A stretch of 64,000 bases of DNA. Source: Candidatus Levybacteria bacterium RIFCSPLOWO2_01_FULL_38_21. Its GTDB lineage: Bacteria; Patescibacteriota; Microgenomatia; Levybacterales; UBA12049. The stretch spans positions 42,578 through 106,577 of the forward strand of contig MFOT01000024.1 in NCBI GenBank assembly GCA_001782475.1, written 5' to 3'. Of the stretch, positions 63,284-64,000 are shown piece by piece. The position numbers and the translations under genes are program-made. How positions within the stretch are numbered: position 1 is the first letter of the stretch; every line of letters begins with the position of its first letter. Below the pieces are notes generated by a model. The model was not told where the DNA came from. It did not search any database and saw nothing but the letters and a program-made list of their open reading frames with translations.

Positions 63284-64000
63284 ATTTCGATAACTTGGGT
63301 TGTTTCGAGTTCCCACTAGACAAGCGGTTTTCCCGCATCTAGCGAGCCCCTGTTCATCTGTGATTTTAACTGTCGAATCTTCTTATATCCTTCATTACTT
63401 TTATGTTCTCCATTCTTTACCATTAAAGCGATTCGCCGAAAGAGTAAATAATTTTTAAGCTTTTTGCTATGAAGCTGGTTCTTATCAAAAAAAGGTATTA
63501 TTTTTTCATGTAAATCTTTTTGAGCAGTTACGCCAAATCTGTAACAATTTTTTTGATTTGCACGATATTCCTTTTGATAATATACTCCACCGCAATCAAA
63601 AAACTTCTGAACTTTCTTGAGTAATGGAAGTTCGTCTTCCCGAAGTTTTATGAAAAAGTGCATTTCTACTCGAGATTTATGAGTTCTGTTTGGAACTCTA
63701 GTCGCTACATAAAAACACCCTTCTCCATCAGTTAATCCTACGATATAATCATCAGATAAACGATTAGGTTTTTCCCTTCCCCCGCTAAGCGGGGTACTAT
63801 GGATCTGCTGACTTCTCTTCTTCAAGTTCATCTACCTTGAGAATAGATAAACAATTACCCAATTGTCAAGAAGAGATCTCCTAAGGTCACTTACCAAACA
63901 ATTCCTGGCATCCTAATTAGACTTTTTATATGTTCTTCCCTTAGACACACCTGATTAAGGTCGAACGTCTATTTTTTATTAGGCTGTCATTTGCTTCAGG
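63284..64000 (-). mobile_element. 16S rRNA intron (probably group I) inserted near E. coli position ~1400, continuing beyond the window
   Basis: The expected TGTGTACA following CCGCCCGTCA is replaced by more than 700 nt of non-rRNA sequence that contains a LAGLIDADG ORF. Confidence 0.6.
63316..63831 (-). CDS. LAGLIDADG homing endonuclease encoded within the 16S intron
   Basis: DYIVGLTDGEGCFYV is a single LAGLIDADG motif in a 171-aa protein (homodimer type). Confidence 0.75.
   Translation of the reverse strand: MNLKKRSQQIHSTPLSGGREKPNRLSDDYIVGLTDGEGCFYVATRVPNRTHKSRVEMHFFIKLREDELPLLKKVQKFFDCGGVYYQKEYRANQKNCYRFGVTAQKDLHEKIIPFFDKNQLHSKKLKNYLLFRRIALMVKNGEHKSNEGYKKIRQLKSQMNRGSLDAGKPLV

Larger units (their letters stand above)
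63058..64000 (-). rRNA. rrs: 16S rRNA gene, 3' portion (extends past the window end), interrupted by an intron
   Basis: Minus strand reads ...CCGCCCGTCA ... AAGTCGTAACAAGGTATCCCTAGCCGAAGCTGGGGATGGATCACCTCCTT (1492R and anti-SD region). Colinearity with 16S breaks right after GACGGGCGG at 63283. Confidence 0.85.

Noticed and set aside
63147-63338. 63-aa minus-strand ORF
   Set aside because: Lies within the 16S rRNA 3' exon/intron boundary; rRNA sequence, not protein coding.

Overview
This is an AT-rich bacterial chromosome segment read in the standard genetic code. Housekeeping genes are densely packed, mostly on the minus strand. Identified genes include: rpsF-ssb-rpsR; ychF; rpoD; cysS; recR-ybaB-dnaX; prs; ybeY-rpsU; proS; the oxidative pentose-phosphate set zwf-pgl-gnd; rseP; frr-tsf-rpsB; and a thymidylate cluster (glyA-folA-thyA-dcd-tmk-dcd). 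The gene content and organisation look like a reduced Patescibacteria/CPR-type genome. That placement is an inference from four things: a 16S rRNA gene interrupted near position 1400 by an intron that carries a LAGLIDADG homing-endonuclease ORF; a 16S gene with no 23S downstream; a 'four helix bundle' protein gene; and a small, streamlined gene set.

The accessory content, in window order:
1. A three-gene cassette (APH-family kinase, MoaA-type radical SAM enzyme, IMPase-family phosphatase) bracketed by perfect 27-bp direct repeats, next to a sugar nucleotidyltransferase.
2. A RelE/ParE toxin-antitoxin pair.
3. Two tandem paralogs with a catalytically degenerate LytM (M23) domain, directly upstream of a 1330-aa Cys-rich surface protein with PT linkers and tandem Cna-B-like repeats.
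4. A MITE-like inverted-repeat element carrying the four-helix-bundle gene, plus an empty copy of the same element elsewhere in the window.
5. A polysaccharide locus: ugd, a UXS-like epimerase, a processive GT2 with a QxxRW motif, DegT, WbqC, a PIG-L deacetylase, GH8 and GH18.
6. A CsoR-family repressor followed by proteins with vicinal-Cys or CxC motifs.
7. A cohesin-dockerin module: two dockerin-bearing surface proteins and a membrane-anchored cohesin.
8. A tRNA locus in which a tRNA-like gene with an aberrant anticodon arm is split and partly duplicated (about 36 nt) around a GIY-YIG nuclease ORF and a tRNA-Ile. tRNA-Cys lies nearby.

Throughout the window, several families of short repeats are inserted in-frame into essential genes. 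These comprise heptanucleotide tandem repeats, AACCTCGTAGGTT palindromes, and GC-rich CCCTGAGC..CGAATGGG and GAAGCCTTGGCGAAG elements. Together they look like a novel analogue of the Rickettsia palindromic elements. No CRISPR array, integrase or transposase was seen.
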